Assembly (NCBI RefSeq): GCF_009914755.1
Contig: NC_060928.1
Length of the DNA: 64,000 nucleotides
From: the human T2T-CHM13v2.0 reference genome, Homo sapiens
Strand: one strand, 5' to 3'
The notes below the pieces were generated by a model, which worked only from the letters and a program-made list of their open reading frames with translations, did not search any database and was not told the origin of the DNA. Positions within the stretch are counted from its first letter, which is position 1; every line of letters begins with the position of its first letter. Made by a program: the position numbers and the translations under genes. Positions 33,766-48,120 of the stretch are shown one piece after another.

Positions 33766-34503
33766 ACATTGTAAGTGGAGAAGTGGTAAGTTCTGTTTAG
33801 TCTCTTTTAGTAGATTCTCATGAACAGTCCCATGTGATCAGAGCTCCCCTGACTCTAGTTGTCACAGCACTCCCACGCCACCTAACGTCCACCCAGGACT
33901 AAGTTCACTGGGGAAGGATGAATGGTGTGCTAACTCCCCAACAGACCTGACTTTAGACATGAATATTCTGTGTACTCTAAATTTGATACTGTTTCCAGCA
34001 TCTTTATCAATCACCTATGGTAGTATTTAAAACATCACTTAACCCTTAAAATCATTGTTCCCTCACTAATAAACTTACTTTCTTTATTCCAGTGAGTCAG
34101 TTACTCAACTGTAATGTGCTTCACCTGCAGAATTTTCTATTTTCTCATTTGTTGTTTTGAAAGGTAGGACCTTTGATACATAAACAGTGTTAACAGTTTC
34201 AATGTGAATTTGTGTTTACAGAGCTTCTCGATATGGTTTTATCCCATTTGTTAATGATGAGCTTAGGTAGGCAAAATAGCTGCATTCACAGAGGCAGAAC
34301 TGGAGGTGCTGAGTGGCAAAGCACTTTGTTACACACTAAGCCAGTGGGGAAGCTGGAATGTGGGCTTGGAACTCTCCAGGTCATGACAAGGTTTCGTATT
34401 AGATGACCCCTGTGGAAATAATGATGACCTCAAGGACCTAAGAGAATTGGAGTAAAGAAAAAAACAACCAAAAACAAATGAGCAAGCAAGCAAGCAAGTG
34501 AAC

Positions 34504-34981
34504 TGTGATGGTTGATTTTATGTGTTTAACTTCTCTGGGCCATAGTGTCCAAGTGTTTGGTCAAGCATTATTCTGGATAGTTCTGTAAGGGTGTTTTTGA
34601 GATTTATTACATTGATGCAAAATTGCGGCTTTTGCTATTACTTTCAATACATTTAAGCTGGTAGACTTTAAGTAAAGCAGATTGCCCTCCACAATGTGAG
34701 GGGGCCTCATTGAATCAGTTTAAGGCCTGAACAGAACAAAGACGGACCTTCCCAGAGAAAGAGTGTTCTTCAGACATCATCTGTAATATTGGCTTCCCTT
34801 GTTCACCAGCACCCTGCCTTTGGACTTGAACTGTAACTGTTTTCTGAGGCTCCAGCTTGCCAGACCCCTTCATTAGATATCAAGCTGGCCAAGGCTCCAC
34901 AAAGTGTGAACCAATATCTTAATAAGTCTCTTTATACTCACACATCCTATTAGTTCCATTTCTCTGAAGGACCCTAATACA
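34504..34981 (+). mobile_element. MLT2 (ERVL) solo LTR
   Basis: tgtgatggttgattttatgtgt ... gtaaagcagattgccctccacaatgtg ... ccctaataca. Confidence 0.85.
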
Positions 34982-35662
34982 TAAATGAATTAACAACCAA
35001 TAGCTACAACTCCAAAGGTGGTATGTATACAGCTAATCTCTCAAACATTTTGACTATCTATCTAGCTGACACCAATGGACCCATTTTAAGACTAAACACT
35101 TTGCAGTTAGACCCTCTCACACATGGAAATTGTGATTTATTGGCTATTTAATGCTAAGCCAGTTGCTTGGGATAGTAAGGAGAGAGTAAATACCTGGCTC
35201 TCTGCCATCAGGTGGCAAGCTTGTGCAAAGTTAGAGCTGGAAAGTTGCCTGGGAGTTAAAAGTTGATGCTGATAAAGGAAGAGGACTTCAAGCAAAGGGA
35301 CCTCTGCATCAACAAATTTGTTAGCTGCCTTCAGTCTCTAGATATATTTGATAGATATAATGTGAAATGAATTTGTAAACTGACTATCTGATATGCATGT
35401 GTTTTATGTTTAATCACATATCTGTGTCAGAGGAAACCTTTTCTCTGCCAAATGAAAACTACTGGCCAAGTTTCAGGGTGGAAAGTCTCACCAGATAAAT
35501 TTGTTTTTATCCACCTTATATTCATTACATTAGTTTACATCTCTACAAACACATACTGTATGCCTATTATTCCAGGAGTCTTCTAGGAACTGGGACTGCT
35601 ACAATAAACCAGTCAAAGGTCTTCCCATCATGGAACCTCTATCCAACTAGAAGAATAAAGAC

Positions 35663-36023
35663 TGTCTTTGTTCAGGCTCCTTTAACAAAATGCCATAGAC
35701 TAGGCAGCTTATAAACAATAGAAATTTATTTCTCATAGTACTGGAGGCTAGGAAGTCTAAGACCATAGGATTAGCAGATTCAGTGCTTGATGAGGCCACA
35801 TTCCTGGTTCATAGATGGCATCTTCTAGCTGTGTTCCCACATAGTGGAAGGGGCGAGCTAGCTCTGTGGGGTCTTTTATAAAAGGACACTTATCTAATTC
35901 ATGAAGTCTCTGTCCACCTGATCTAATCATCTCCCAAAGGCCCCACCTCCTAATACTATCACATTGGGGGTTAGGATTTCAACATATGAGTTCTAAAGGG
36001 ACACAAACATTCAGACCATAGCA
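35663..36023 (-). mobile_element. MLT1A-type MaLR solo LTR
   Basis: Ends gggacacaaacattcagaccatagca. TSD aagac at 35658-35662 and 36024-36028. Confidence 0.9.
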
Positions 36024-36325
36024 AAGACCAATAACTAAATATTAAAAAATCAAATCCAAGAATGATGATCTTTTATTTATTCCCAGAGATTTTTTATTGA
36101 AACTAGTGCATTTTTTTAAACCTTCAGGTGAGAAAAAGATGCTAGTGATTTACAAGATGGTATACATTCTGTAACTTTTTCTTCACCTCTTCTGTGCAGT
36201 GATCTCTCCATAAAAGTGGTCTCTCTACTTCTCTATCAAGAATGAATTTGGCCAGGCTGCATGTGCAGCAAAGTGTAAAACATAAACAATGTGCTGTATT
36301 AGTTAACTCTTGCTGCTGTAAAATT

Positions 36326-36929
36326 AGGCCTTCAAATGTCCCTTAATCAAAATGCTTGGGAACAGAAGTGTCTTGGATTTTAGATTTTTTGGGATTTGGA
36401 ATATTCACATTACACTCAGCAGTTGTGTTAGTTCATTTCCACACTGCTATAAAGAACTGCCCAAGTCTGGGTAATTTATAAAGGAAAGAGGTTAATTGAC
36501 TCACAGGTCAGCATCCCTGGGAAGGCCTCAGGAAACTTACAATCATGGTGGAAGGCAAAGGAGAAGGAAGGCACCTTCTTCACAAGGCAGCAAGAAAGGA
36601 GAAGTGCTGAGTGAAAGGCAGGAGCCCCTTATAAAACCATCATAACTCATGAGAACTCACCCACTTATCACGAGAACAGCATGGGGGAACTGCCTCCATG
36701 ATTCAATTACTCCACCTGCTCTCTCCCTTGACACCTGGGGATTATGGGGATTACAATTCAAGATGAGATTTGGGTAGGGCACAAAGCATAACCACATCAC
36801 CAGTTGAACATACCTAACCTGAAAATCTGAAATACTCCAATGAGCATTTACTTTGAATGCCATTTTGTCTCTCAAAAAGTTTTGGATTTTACAGTATTTT
36901 GCTTTTTTGGATGAGGGATAGTCAACCTG
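36326..36929 (+). mobile_element. Tigger4a/MER46-like MITE split by a THE1D
   Basis: aaatgcttgggaacagaagtgt ... tccaatgagcattt ... caacctg followed by TA. Confidence 0.8.
36424..36799 (-). mobile_element. THE1D-type solo LTR
   Basis: tgtgttagttcatt ... ttacaattcaagatgagatttggg ... catca. TSD (g/c)cagt. Confidence 0.88.
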
Positions 36930-36931
36930 TA

Positions 36932-37290
36932 TAACACAGTTAAAAACCACGTAGTATATTTCTTATTCACATAACAATCTTGGGTGAGTGTACAGATCAG
37001 CTGATGGTTCTTCTAGGGACAGAGGCTAATGAAGATTTGGTGACTTTAACATATGGCGCCAACAGTCTCTGTGACTGTGTCATCCAGAAGGAGGAAAAGA
37101 ACGCTGAAAAGAGTACATGGAAACTTTTTATGGGCCAGGTCTTAAAGTGGTATACATCATTTCTATTCTCATTTTTTTTGTTGTTAGAGATCACTTAATG
37201 TGTCTACCCCAAACAAAATAAGAAGTCTGGTATGGCCAGAAAGAAGACAAGAATGCAGATTTGTAAAGAGTTTGGAATATCTATCCCTGT
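36932..37290 (-). mobile_element. Old MLT1 (K/L-like) LTR remnant; its other end is at about 36295-36325
   Basis: tttatgggccaggtcttaaagtggtatacatcatttc motif. Start tgtattagtt...gctgctgtaa at 36295. Confidence 0.5.
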
Positions 37291-37348
37291 GGCATGTTTG
37301 AAAGATACTCCAAGTGTCTGTGTTCTGAAACAGTTCTCCCACTGATGC

Positions 37349-37486
37349 TTTATTTATTGATTTTTATTTTGTATTTTTGTAAAGATGGGATCTCACTATG
37401 TTGCCCAGGCTGGATTTGAATTCCCTGCCACAAGCAATCCTGCCTTGGCCTGCCAAAGTGCTGGGATTACAGGTGTGAGCCCAGCC
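37349..37486 (-). mobile_element. FLAM / free left Alu monomer
   Basis: Single monomer. TSD ctcccactgatg at 37336-37347 and 37486-37497. Confidence 0.85.
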
Positions 37487-38318
37487 TCCCACTGATGTTG
37501 TAACATGAAGATTATCAAGTCATTTAGCAGTATAAATTGTCTCCATTTCCCAGGTGTCATTTTTAAAGACTGTTTACTTGCTTCAAGTAAACAAGTACAA
37601 TGAAGCTTAAATGTTTGAGCATGAATTTTTTCATTAGATTTTTCTAAGGATCCAAGAAGCAGTAGGGTTCCTGGGTTTAGGGATAGTAAGAAATGCCTCA
37701 CTCATCCATCTTCTGAGAATTTGCTGCAAGCTTCTACTAACCCTTATGGTTCTGTATTCTATTTTCTAATGAAATTTTGTCTGATTATTAGCAAATGATT
37801 ATTCCATGAAAATATGCCCTCTATAGAAAAAAATTAAAGAAAATGAAAATCACCCATAATCTGACTACTGTAAGAGTATATTGGTCATTTATATAAGCAT
37901 ATATACCGTAGAAATAAAGTTTTAATAAGACAAAATTATAGCATTTTATGTTCTTTAACTTTAGGAAATATCCTGAACATTTTTTACATCATGATTTTTA
38001 GTGACTGCATAATAATGCATCCATTGAACTTACCATACTGTTGCATATTGAGGCGATTTTGGCATTTTTGCACTACATAGGAATAATGATGTAATTAATA
38101 TTCTATGCATCCTTCTGTGACTGCACTTGTGGTTTCTTCTTTATGACTAATCCCAGAAGGAGAATCGTAAGACCAACCAGTTTAAACCATTGAAAGCTCT
38201 TTCTATGCACAGTCATGGTGCTTTCCAGAAACGCTGCATCCATTCGTGCTGCCACCGCAGCTTTATGAGAAAGTCTCACACCGAGAGGAGCTACCGACTA
38301 GAATCACATGGGAATTGG

Positions 38319-38344
38319 ACACACACACACACACACACACACAC
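38319..38344. repeat. (AC)13 microsatellite
   Basis: Directly visible. Confidence 0.95.
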
Positions 38345-39910
38345 AACCCCATGAACAAACAGCAATAATTTGCTTCCCTCATGAATCCAATCGTCATTCT
38401 GAAAATTACCAGTGGACATTGAGGCGTTTGGACAGGTCCCTCCGAGGCATAAAGCAATTTGCCTGTTTTTCACACAGACAGGGTCGCTGTGATGGCACTC
38501 AGCCGGACCACATCACCACAATCACAGCGGTTTATTGAGGATAAAATAAACAACTCCATTCCTTCTTATGCAGACCATTACTTTTAACACTTTCATCAAC
38601 CCTGAAAGGTGGGTATTATTTAGACATGAGGACAATGAGCTTGGAGAGATGAAGTCACTTGTTTGAGTCACACAGGTTTTGACAGAGACATCTTTTTGCT
38701 CATTTATTCAATAAGTAGTTATTTAATGCCTTCTAAGTGTCAGCAAATAGTTCATATGCCTTTTACTATTCTGGGCACTGGAGATACAGGAATGAGTTTT
38801 TAAAATTCCATTTCTTTTTTGCTCTTGTGGAATATAACATTTAGTGGAATCAGACTCATAACTCTGACTCCATGAATTGCAATGCTATCTTGCCTTCTGG
38901 ATTATTACTTTTTCTTCTATTAGGACTGAAAACATAGTCTCCTGGAGAGTCATCTGTGGAAATCCTTCTTCTGGGAAGATGTACACGGTGTATTTGTACC
39001 CAGAGGCACCCATCACAGCTGCGTTGGAGAGAGGCATGTGCAAAGGGAAGCCATTTCAATCAAAATTGGGATCACCGATTAAAATTTATTGTGCATTGTA
39101 GCTTGAGAGATTTGAGGAAAGCAATCTTTTTCTTTTTAGAAATCTTTGGTTTTAGTGTAACAAGAACCTCCCCACCTTCCTGTGTGCCACATACTCTTTA
39201 CTGTCATTGTAAATGGCTAGATAGTAATGGGCTGAGGAAAATGTTCTGGTTTTTAGGACCAGTCAAATGAACTGCTCCATCCAGTATTTAGGAGCTGGAG
39301 GTCTCTGGTTCTGCTGGCTGGTATACTTATCTATGATGACCATTGCATTTCTTTCATTGCCTGTGAAACCCTTCACTGTGATATGATCACAACACAATAA
39401 AAGTAGAATGAGGTTTTCTTTGCAATATAACTGCCATAGATTTGTCTGTTGGTGAAGAAACAGTCGCCTTTTGGGGCCTTACTGCTGTGTTCCCTGATGA
39501 GCCTTTTCAGTCCTCTCAGGCCATGTGGGGACACATGTGAGGGTCAAGATTAGTTGTAGATATGCAATGAATACTATGCTAGTACTAATATCAATTTTAA
39601 TAAGGCAGTATTACTATTGTAATAATCAGCATAAAGTAATACTTTATTGGTATTGATATTTTATAATTATTAATGTGATGATGACAATGATGATACTGAT
39701 GATATTAAGCTAATACACATGAGCACTTTTTATGTTCCAACCCTTGCATTAAATGTTTTACATGGATTATCTCGTGGGAATAGAAAGATGTTAGTATTAA
39801 CTCCATTTTACAAATGAATGAACTGTCTTAGAGAGGGGCCACTGCATTCCCAAATTAGAAAATAGCAGATCTAATCTATAGATCACAGAATCAGGAAACT
39901 TGAGAGTTTA

Positions 39911-40237
<327 letters not shown>

Positions 40238-43192
40238 TTAGAGACAATTCAATTCAATGTCCTCATTTTGAAGGTGAGGGGATAGAGATTAAGGAGGTTA
40301 TAGGAACTGACCATAGATACACAGGGGGCTGCTAAGCCTGACCTCATGTCTAGGTTTCCTGAGGTCTAGGACTAAGCTTTGATACTGCAAATGTCTTCGT
40401 GTCCATACAATAGCTGGTAATTTTTGTCAGGTACTATTTAGAGGAATCTAGTGCAGTGCTTATATTCTTGGGCTCTGGAGTTAAATAGAAGGCCTGGGTT
40501 GAACCCCTACTCTGCCACTTGGGAGCTGTGTAGCTTCAGGCAAACTGTTTAATCTAAGTCTCATTGCTCTCCTCTGTGAAACGGGGACAGGAATTGACCT
40601 CAGAGAGCTGCTATAAGAATGAATAAGATACACATATTATGCTATTATCCTAGCCCTCTACCTTACACATCATATTTGGTCATTTAATATTAGCTGTTAG
40701 TACCATGGTAATAGTTTAGGATTTGGTAAGCAGAACTCCATCACGCAATGAGTCACTGTAACATCAATGCCGATAGACCAAGGATAAATCATATTTATCA
40801 ACGTGGTTGAATCTAGAATAACACAGGTCTGAAATGCAATCAGCTTATGAAGTATATATGAATTACGCTTTCTATTCTAGTGTTATAAGTTGAATCACTC
40901 TATCTAATATCATCAGAATTTACCCTAAAAGAAAGGAATATTGTAATTGTAAATGATAGCAGAGGAGAATAAAGGCCACCATCATGGAAATAAATGTCAG
41001 TAGAAACCCAGGAGCCTCTTATTTATTAATTTAAAGTTTTCCCCAGCGATGCTTACATGGTATGTTTGAAATCATCATGGAAAGTGTTGGGAAGGGTGCT
41101 TTGGAGAAAGATCCATGTATGCATAGGAAATTGCTAAGAAACATATTTTGTGAGTGCTTCAAGAGTTCTTATACTTTCACCTTATAAGGAAACCTTTCAG
41201 CATTTCCTGGAAGGTTTTCAGAGCTCTGTTGAAATGCATGAGAAATAGCTGCAGTGGTATGCAAATCACAGGTATAATAACATCATATAATTATAATATT
41301 GTCCACTCCAATAATCTTTGCCCACTCTATTAGCTGAAATCTTCTCTTCCCCTAAATCATTCTGTTCTGATATGTGTCTTCTCCTCAGGATCAGAATTGT
41401 TATTAAACATTTAGAGACTTCTTCAGGATTAAAAAAAAGAATTACAGTAAGACATTTCATAGGAAAAAAAAACTAAAAGTGCTTGTGAAATAGTTATTTG
41501 GGGATCCTTTCATGATACCTGTAATGCCACATCTCTTAGGCATCTGTATATTTCACCAACTCTCACACCCATCTCTGGTGCTAAGGAGAACATACAAGGT
41601 AGTCTGCTCGGTCTATCAGTTAAAATAGTATTTAGCATGTAGTATGACAATTCAGAGATTCTCTGGCATTCTATAATTGCAGGAGAATTTTCAAAATTTA
41701 AATGACACAATCCTACAACCTGTGCTGCTGATATCACCAGATTCTGTGGACTTCTCTGCTCTCTTTAGAGTTAGTAAATACAAGGCAGGGACTAACCTTT
41801 ACGATGTTTAGAATAGGGAATACTAAAAATATTTATGCTGAATGAATAAATCTTCAGTCAGTTCTTAGCTTTTAATAAATTAGAAAATGAATTTGCTCTG
41901 ATAATGTCCTTCAAAACTTGGGCCTACATTTTTAGAACTCCTAAGACCAAGACCAAGATAGTCATGGGGGTTCCGATATCCCCATGATTGCCCACAATGA
42001 CTATGATCGCAGAAATTAAGGGGAGATGGCTAGGATCAAGAAAAACACTTCTTATTTCAACATAAAAAGCTTAACATAGTCAAAAATTGGATTCTAAAAA
42101 GCTCATTTAAAAATTATAGGATTAACCTTTCAGTTTTCAAAGCAGAAAAGCTGATCATTAAGAACTAGAGCTGGCTATAAATTTCTGTTCTAATATGCCC
42201 AGGTGTTTGAACTCCTAGCAACTCATTTATTCCTTCTTAGTCTAAATGTTCTCATCTGATATAACAGGTAAGTAATACTAACATCACAGGTAAGCAAAAG
42301 AAATGCAAACTAAAATAGACAATGGATGAAAGAAACCCAACCAATTTTAAAAACTGAATATACTCAACATGTTGGATATTTTCTTGTTTCCAAAATCTGC
42401 ATTAACTGCCTCTTCCATTTCCTGAACACACTTCTGGGGTCAAAGTGGTTAAATAGGCACTGCAGATTAAAAAAAGAAACAGCCAATGGTGGGAAAAGGC
42501 TGACCTAGATACTATCCTTGGAAAAGGAATGAGAGCTGGGTGACCAAGATTCAATTCAGCTGCAAGGATGTGGGCACATTCTGAGCCCCACGAGTTCTCA
42601 GGGTCACCCAGGATGAAGCAGAAATCCAAGGTACTAGGCAAAGGTTCTCTCCCCTTCAGTTCTGCCCTCTAACCATATGGAAGAAGGAAATCACATGAGA
42701 TTTACAGCCAAAAAAAAAAAAAAAAACTGGCTCAAGTTTCAGCTCTACTACTAATGAAGAAATAATTGAAAAGTTCTGCTTTGAGTCTTAGTCTTTAAAA
42801 ATGCAGGAAACAATAGCATCTTATAGTAAAGAAATGAGAACTAATTGGCATTATGTATATAAAGATTCTAGCATAATACTAAACATTCTACAAATTGTAC
42901 TTATTTTTACTATTATCTCTTCAAGTAACTTAAGTTGGTTCTGCAAAAAGAGATTTTCCAAATTTTGTAGGAAAAGGCTTCCTGGGATTGGGCCCAATTC
43001 CTGAATCTTTAGTGGAATGCATGTAGAATTGTTTGATTTACGGAGACTTTTAAAAGGATTTTCCCAACTTTATCCAGAAGACAGTGTCCATTTTGTCAGG
43101 GTCTTTTAAAAATTATGATGTAGTGAAATTCTATAGGCACCCAAAACCATTTAGTGGAAAAAAAAGACAATGGTGCCCTGGGACAAAGCCTA

Positions 43193-43737
43193 TGTATCAG
43201 TTTTCTATTGCTGCATAAAAAATGACCATAAACTTAGTAACTCTAAACAACACAAATGTATCATCTCACACTTCTGTGGGATAAAAGAGTCTGACATGGC
43301 TTAGCTGTGTGCTCTGCTCAGTCTCCCACTTAAACTGGCTATGGTTCTCATCTGGGCCTTGCAGTCCTCTTCCAAGCTCACTGAGGTTGTTGGTAGAATT
43401 CAGCTTCTGTGGTTGTAGGGCCCAGGTCCCTGTAACCTTTTGGCTGTTTACTGGGGGCTTCTCTCTCAGCTTCATTCCATCTTCAAACCAGCAAAGCAAA
43501 GGCCTGTTGAGTCCTTCTCACACTCTGATTCTCTCTGACTTCCCCTTTGGTAAAGGACTCGTGTGATTAGATCAAGCCCACAAAGATCATCTCTGTATCT
43601 TAAGGTCAACTGCCCTGAGACTTTAATTATATCTGCAAAATCTCATCACAGTAGTACCTTGCTTAGTATTTGATTGGATAACCAAGAGACAGGGATCTTG
43701 AGTGGCTGCATTTAGATATCTATTAATACCTCCCACA
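43193..43737 (-). mobile_element. MLT1E-like MaLR solo LTR
   Basis: tgtatcagttttctattgctgcata ... cctcccaca. TSD gcct(a/g). Confidence 0.8.
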
Positions 43738-44189
43738 GCCTGCTTCTTCTGAACATCAGTTCATTTTGGTTTTCATAGCAGTTTTTGTTTAACAACAGTC
43801 TTTTTTTTACAATTATACTCACAAGTGTATCCACCACAACTCGCAACTATATTTCTTGGCACCTGCCATAGTTTAATGCGATTTGAAAAGACTATATTCT
43901 GTCAAGGCTTTAGAATCAGCAGTGTAAAGACCAGCTGTGAGGCCAAAATTCAATATTTTTTATGAGTGCTAAGAATAGTATCCCATATGCTGAGTGTTCC
44001 CCGTCTAGAGTATGTCTGCCTATATCCAGAGCAGAAATAAATTTTTTTAGATTTTACTAATTGATTAGATCACTTTCAAGTTGGCATGATATCAGCCTAA
44101 TAATATTGACCAAAAAAAAAAATACCGAGTAAAGAATTCTACTTAAAAGAAACACGCAGTGTTTCAATCAGAAAGAATAAAATAAAATA

Positions 44190-44812
<623 letters not shown>

Positions 44813-45304
44813 CATGGAGATGATGGTATACACATATGTTCATATATATATACATGGTTGTATAAAGCCTTTTTATTCCCTGAAGATTTAAAAAAATCTA
44901 TTCTCTCCCAGTCTGATTTCTGTCACCTACTAAATTGGCTAGATTCTGGCCCCTTGATAACTTCATTTAGACTATGATTTCTGGACTCCTTATGTGAGAT
45001 TACACATTTTCCTCATGTGTAAGCCATTTTTTATTGATCTTTTTTGTTACTTATAGTCAAAAGCATTCTAACATAAGCTACAACCTTCTTGTCCTTGTAT
45101 TACACCTTTCTACAGAAAGAGAAAATAAAAATGAGTTGAGTTTACAGGTTGCTGACAAGTTTGGTGAAATGTCTGCTGGAGAAAGAGGTGTCGTCTATAG
45201 ATTACGGTGGTGGGTGCGCATATGCAGGTCCAGATTTTTGGAGAACGTCTTTTAAAGTCTATCCAAAGACACTTTGAGAAAGCATAGGAATTGGGGGTGA
45301 ATAA

Positions 45305-45605
<301 letters not shown>

Positions 45606-46263
45606 TGAATAAAACTAAATTTAATGATCATTCGTGGTCTGCTGGGCACTGAGCCATGTGGTGTAGGAGATACATGTTCTCATTAAATCCCTGAGAAGTA
45701 GAAAAGGTAGATGTTTTACCACACAATGTTTAAGAAATGAGCACAGGGAGGTTTAAAGAACTTTCCCAAGGTCAGTGGGACTGGGATTTGAACTTGAGTT
45801 TGACTGCAAATCTTTCACATCTTCCTAAGCTTGAAAGGTGAGTGCACCTGCGGGGGGAAAAGTTAACTAAGGGGTAACTTTTATCCCAATGTCTTTCAAT
45901 CCTATTAATCACTAAAACACAAAGTATTCGTTATTTGTTCAACACGTATTCATATACCAAGCACTTGACTACGCACAGGAGCGTAACGGTTAATCAACAA
46001 GCATGGCCCTCATCCAAAGGAGCTTACTACGGAGGAAGCAGTCAGTATTCAAATACTGACATCAATAAATATATTGAAACCCTCAGGGCAAAGCAGCATG
46101 AAAACTTGAATTGTTTTTTACAAATAAATTGAAATGTCCCAGGTGAGGGGTTGGAGGATAGGACCTCAAGTTGTCTGGTCATCTGCTTTGGTGAGGCAGG
46201 TTCAGGACAGGTCAGATTCAGCTCTAAATACATTTTATACATTTTATTATACATTTTGTTCCC

Positions 46264-46570
46264 TTTCTCTCTCTCTTTCTTTCTTCTTTTTTTTTTCTTC
46301 CGAGTTTCGCTCTTGTCTCCCAGGCTGGAATACAATGGCACAATCTCGGCTCACTGCAACCTCCATCTCCTAGGTTCAAGCGATTCTTCAGCCTCAGCCT
46401 CCTGAATAGCTGGGATTACAGGCGCCCGCCACGACGCCCGGCTAATTTTTTGTATTTTTAGTGGAGACGAGGTTTCACCATGCTAATCTCGAACTCCTGA
46501 CCTCAGGTGATCCGTCCACTTCAGCCTCTCAAAGTGCTGGCATTACAGGCGTCAGCCACCACACCCGGCC
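46264..46570 (-). mobile_element. AluSq-like
   Basis: gagtttcgctcttgt, CT-rich tail, ends cccggcc. Confidence 0.9.
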
Positions 46571-46730
46571 CCTTTCCCTTTCTTATTGCCATTCTGAGAA
46601 AATACTAGTTTGTCCCTCTTGCACAAGTTTTTCCCTCAGTGAGCTACCATTTCCAGGAGCAGCCCTGAGTCTCTGAAGTTAAAGAAAAAAAAAAAAAGTT
46701 TAGTCTGCTTAATTAAGTTCTTGTTGCAAA

Positions 46731-48120
46731 ACTTTCTTAGTTATTACTCTCAGTTGTAGCTTTTGGAATCTAACAGCCCCTCGCTTATGAGCCACTCATA
46801 TCACTTACTAGCCTGGAACTTTGAATAAGTTACTAAACTTCTTCAAGCTGGATTTTATCATCACTCATTTATGCAGGACGTATTTTTGAAATTGTTGCAA
46901 TTGTTGCAAATACTTGAGAAGTTTCCACCCTCCTTTGCCTTCTCCTAGTGCTTCTTCAGAGGCTATGAAGGGAACAATTATCAAGGGTCACGGTAGCTGC
47001 CTAAAAGGAACCTGTGTCTAGTACTTCAGTGCTTCCGAGCTCTCAGGTGGGACAGTAAAGCCTCTGTCTCCTCTCCATGCCAGGCAAAATGACCCAAAAG
47101 GAAACTCCCGGGCCTGTTGACTCTGAGCAAGCTGGGGCAGAACGCTTCCGAGGGCTCTCTGGAGCTCAGACGGCGCTCAGCGTGAGTTGGACCAAACATT
47201 CTTAGGGTTGTATCATCATAATGAGGCACAAGGGGGCAGTAGTGTCCTCCATGATAGCTAGAAAAGCGATTTCCAGTTCTTTTTCTTAAGGGATTGTTCT
47301 TTTCCTAAGCTTGGTGCCTGTCTGGGTAAATTTCTTTCAAGAAGGCTATTTCCTTTTTATGAACGGTGACAGCCTCATTCCTACATTAGATAATTTAAAA
47401 AATTAACTATTTCTGGGAATGGGGCCCAGAGACTCTGATCTCCATTTTGGATATTACATTTGGTGTACGTCAGTCTGAATTCACAATCACTTTTTTGGCA
47501 GTTGGGCCACCTTTAATTTAGTCACCAAAAACTTGTAGATCTTAGAAAACAAATAAGCAAGACAACGCCACTAAAGTTCCAAAGCTTGAGTCTGAAAACC
47601 TTCTGAAATTGTTAAGTGTATGTGGGCTCTGGAGTCAAAGCTGCTTGAGCCTGCTTTGCTGTTTAACAGGGGAACATTTTAAACCTTTAAGATGAAAATA
47701 ATGATACTACCCTATCTGGAGGTTATTATGAGGCTTAAATAAAGATAACCCATGCACAATGTCTAGCGTCGTGCCTGGATGTATAAACACCCAGTACACA
47801 TTCCCCATGGAGGAAATTATTTCTACAATGATGCTCGTTCTGAACCTGTTAGCTTTTGTCATGTTTTCATGTAATATGGGATATTATGTTTATCCTTGTT
47901 AAATACCATCTGCTTATTTAATTTCAGAGGATTTTCAGAATATCACACCAGTGTTCCACTTCCTTAGTTATTACTCTCAGTTTTGTAGCTTTTAGAATCT
48001 AACAGCCCCTTCCTTATGAGCCACTCATATCACTTACTAGCCTGGAACTTTGAATAAGTTACTAAACTTCTTCAAGCTGGATTTTATCATAATTAATTAA
48101 TGCAGGACATGTTTTTGAAA
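46731..48120 (+). repeat. Dispersed direct duplication, 46731-46891 and 47958-48120
   Basis: Manual alignment gives 10 substitutions and one 2-bp indel over about 161 bp. Confidence 0.95.
47226..47241 (+). promoter_or_regulatory. Candidate CTCF motif
   Basis: gcacaagggggcagta resembles CCASYAGRKGGCRS and sits next to a CpG-retaining patch. Confidence 0.45.
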
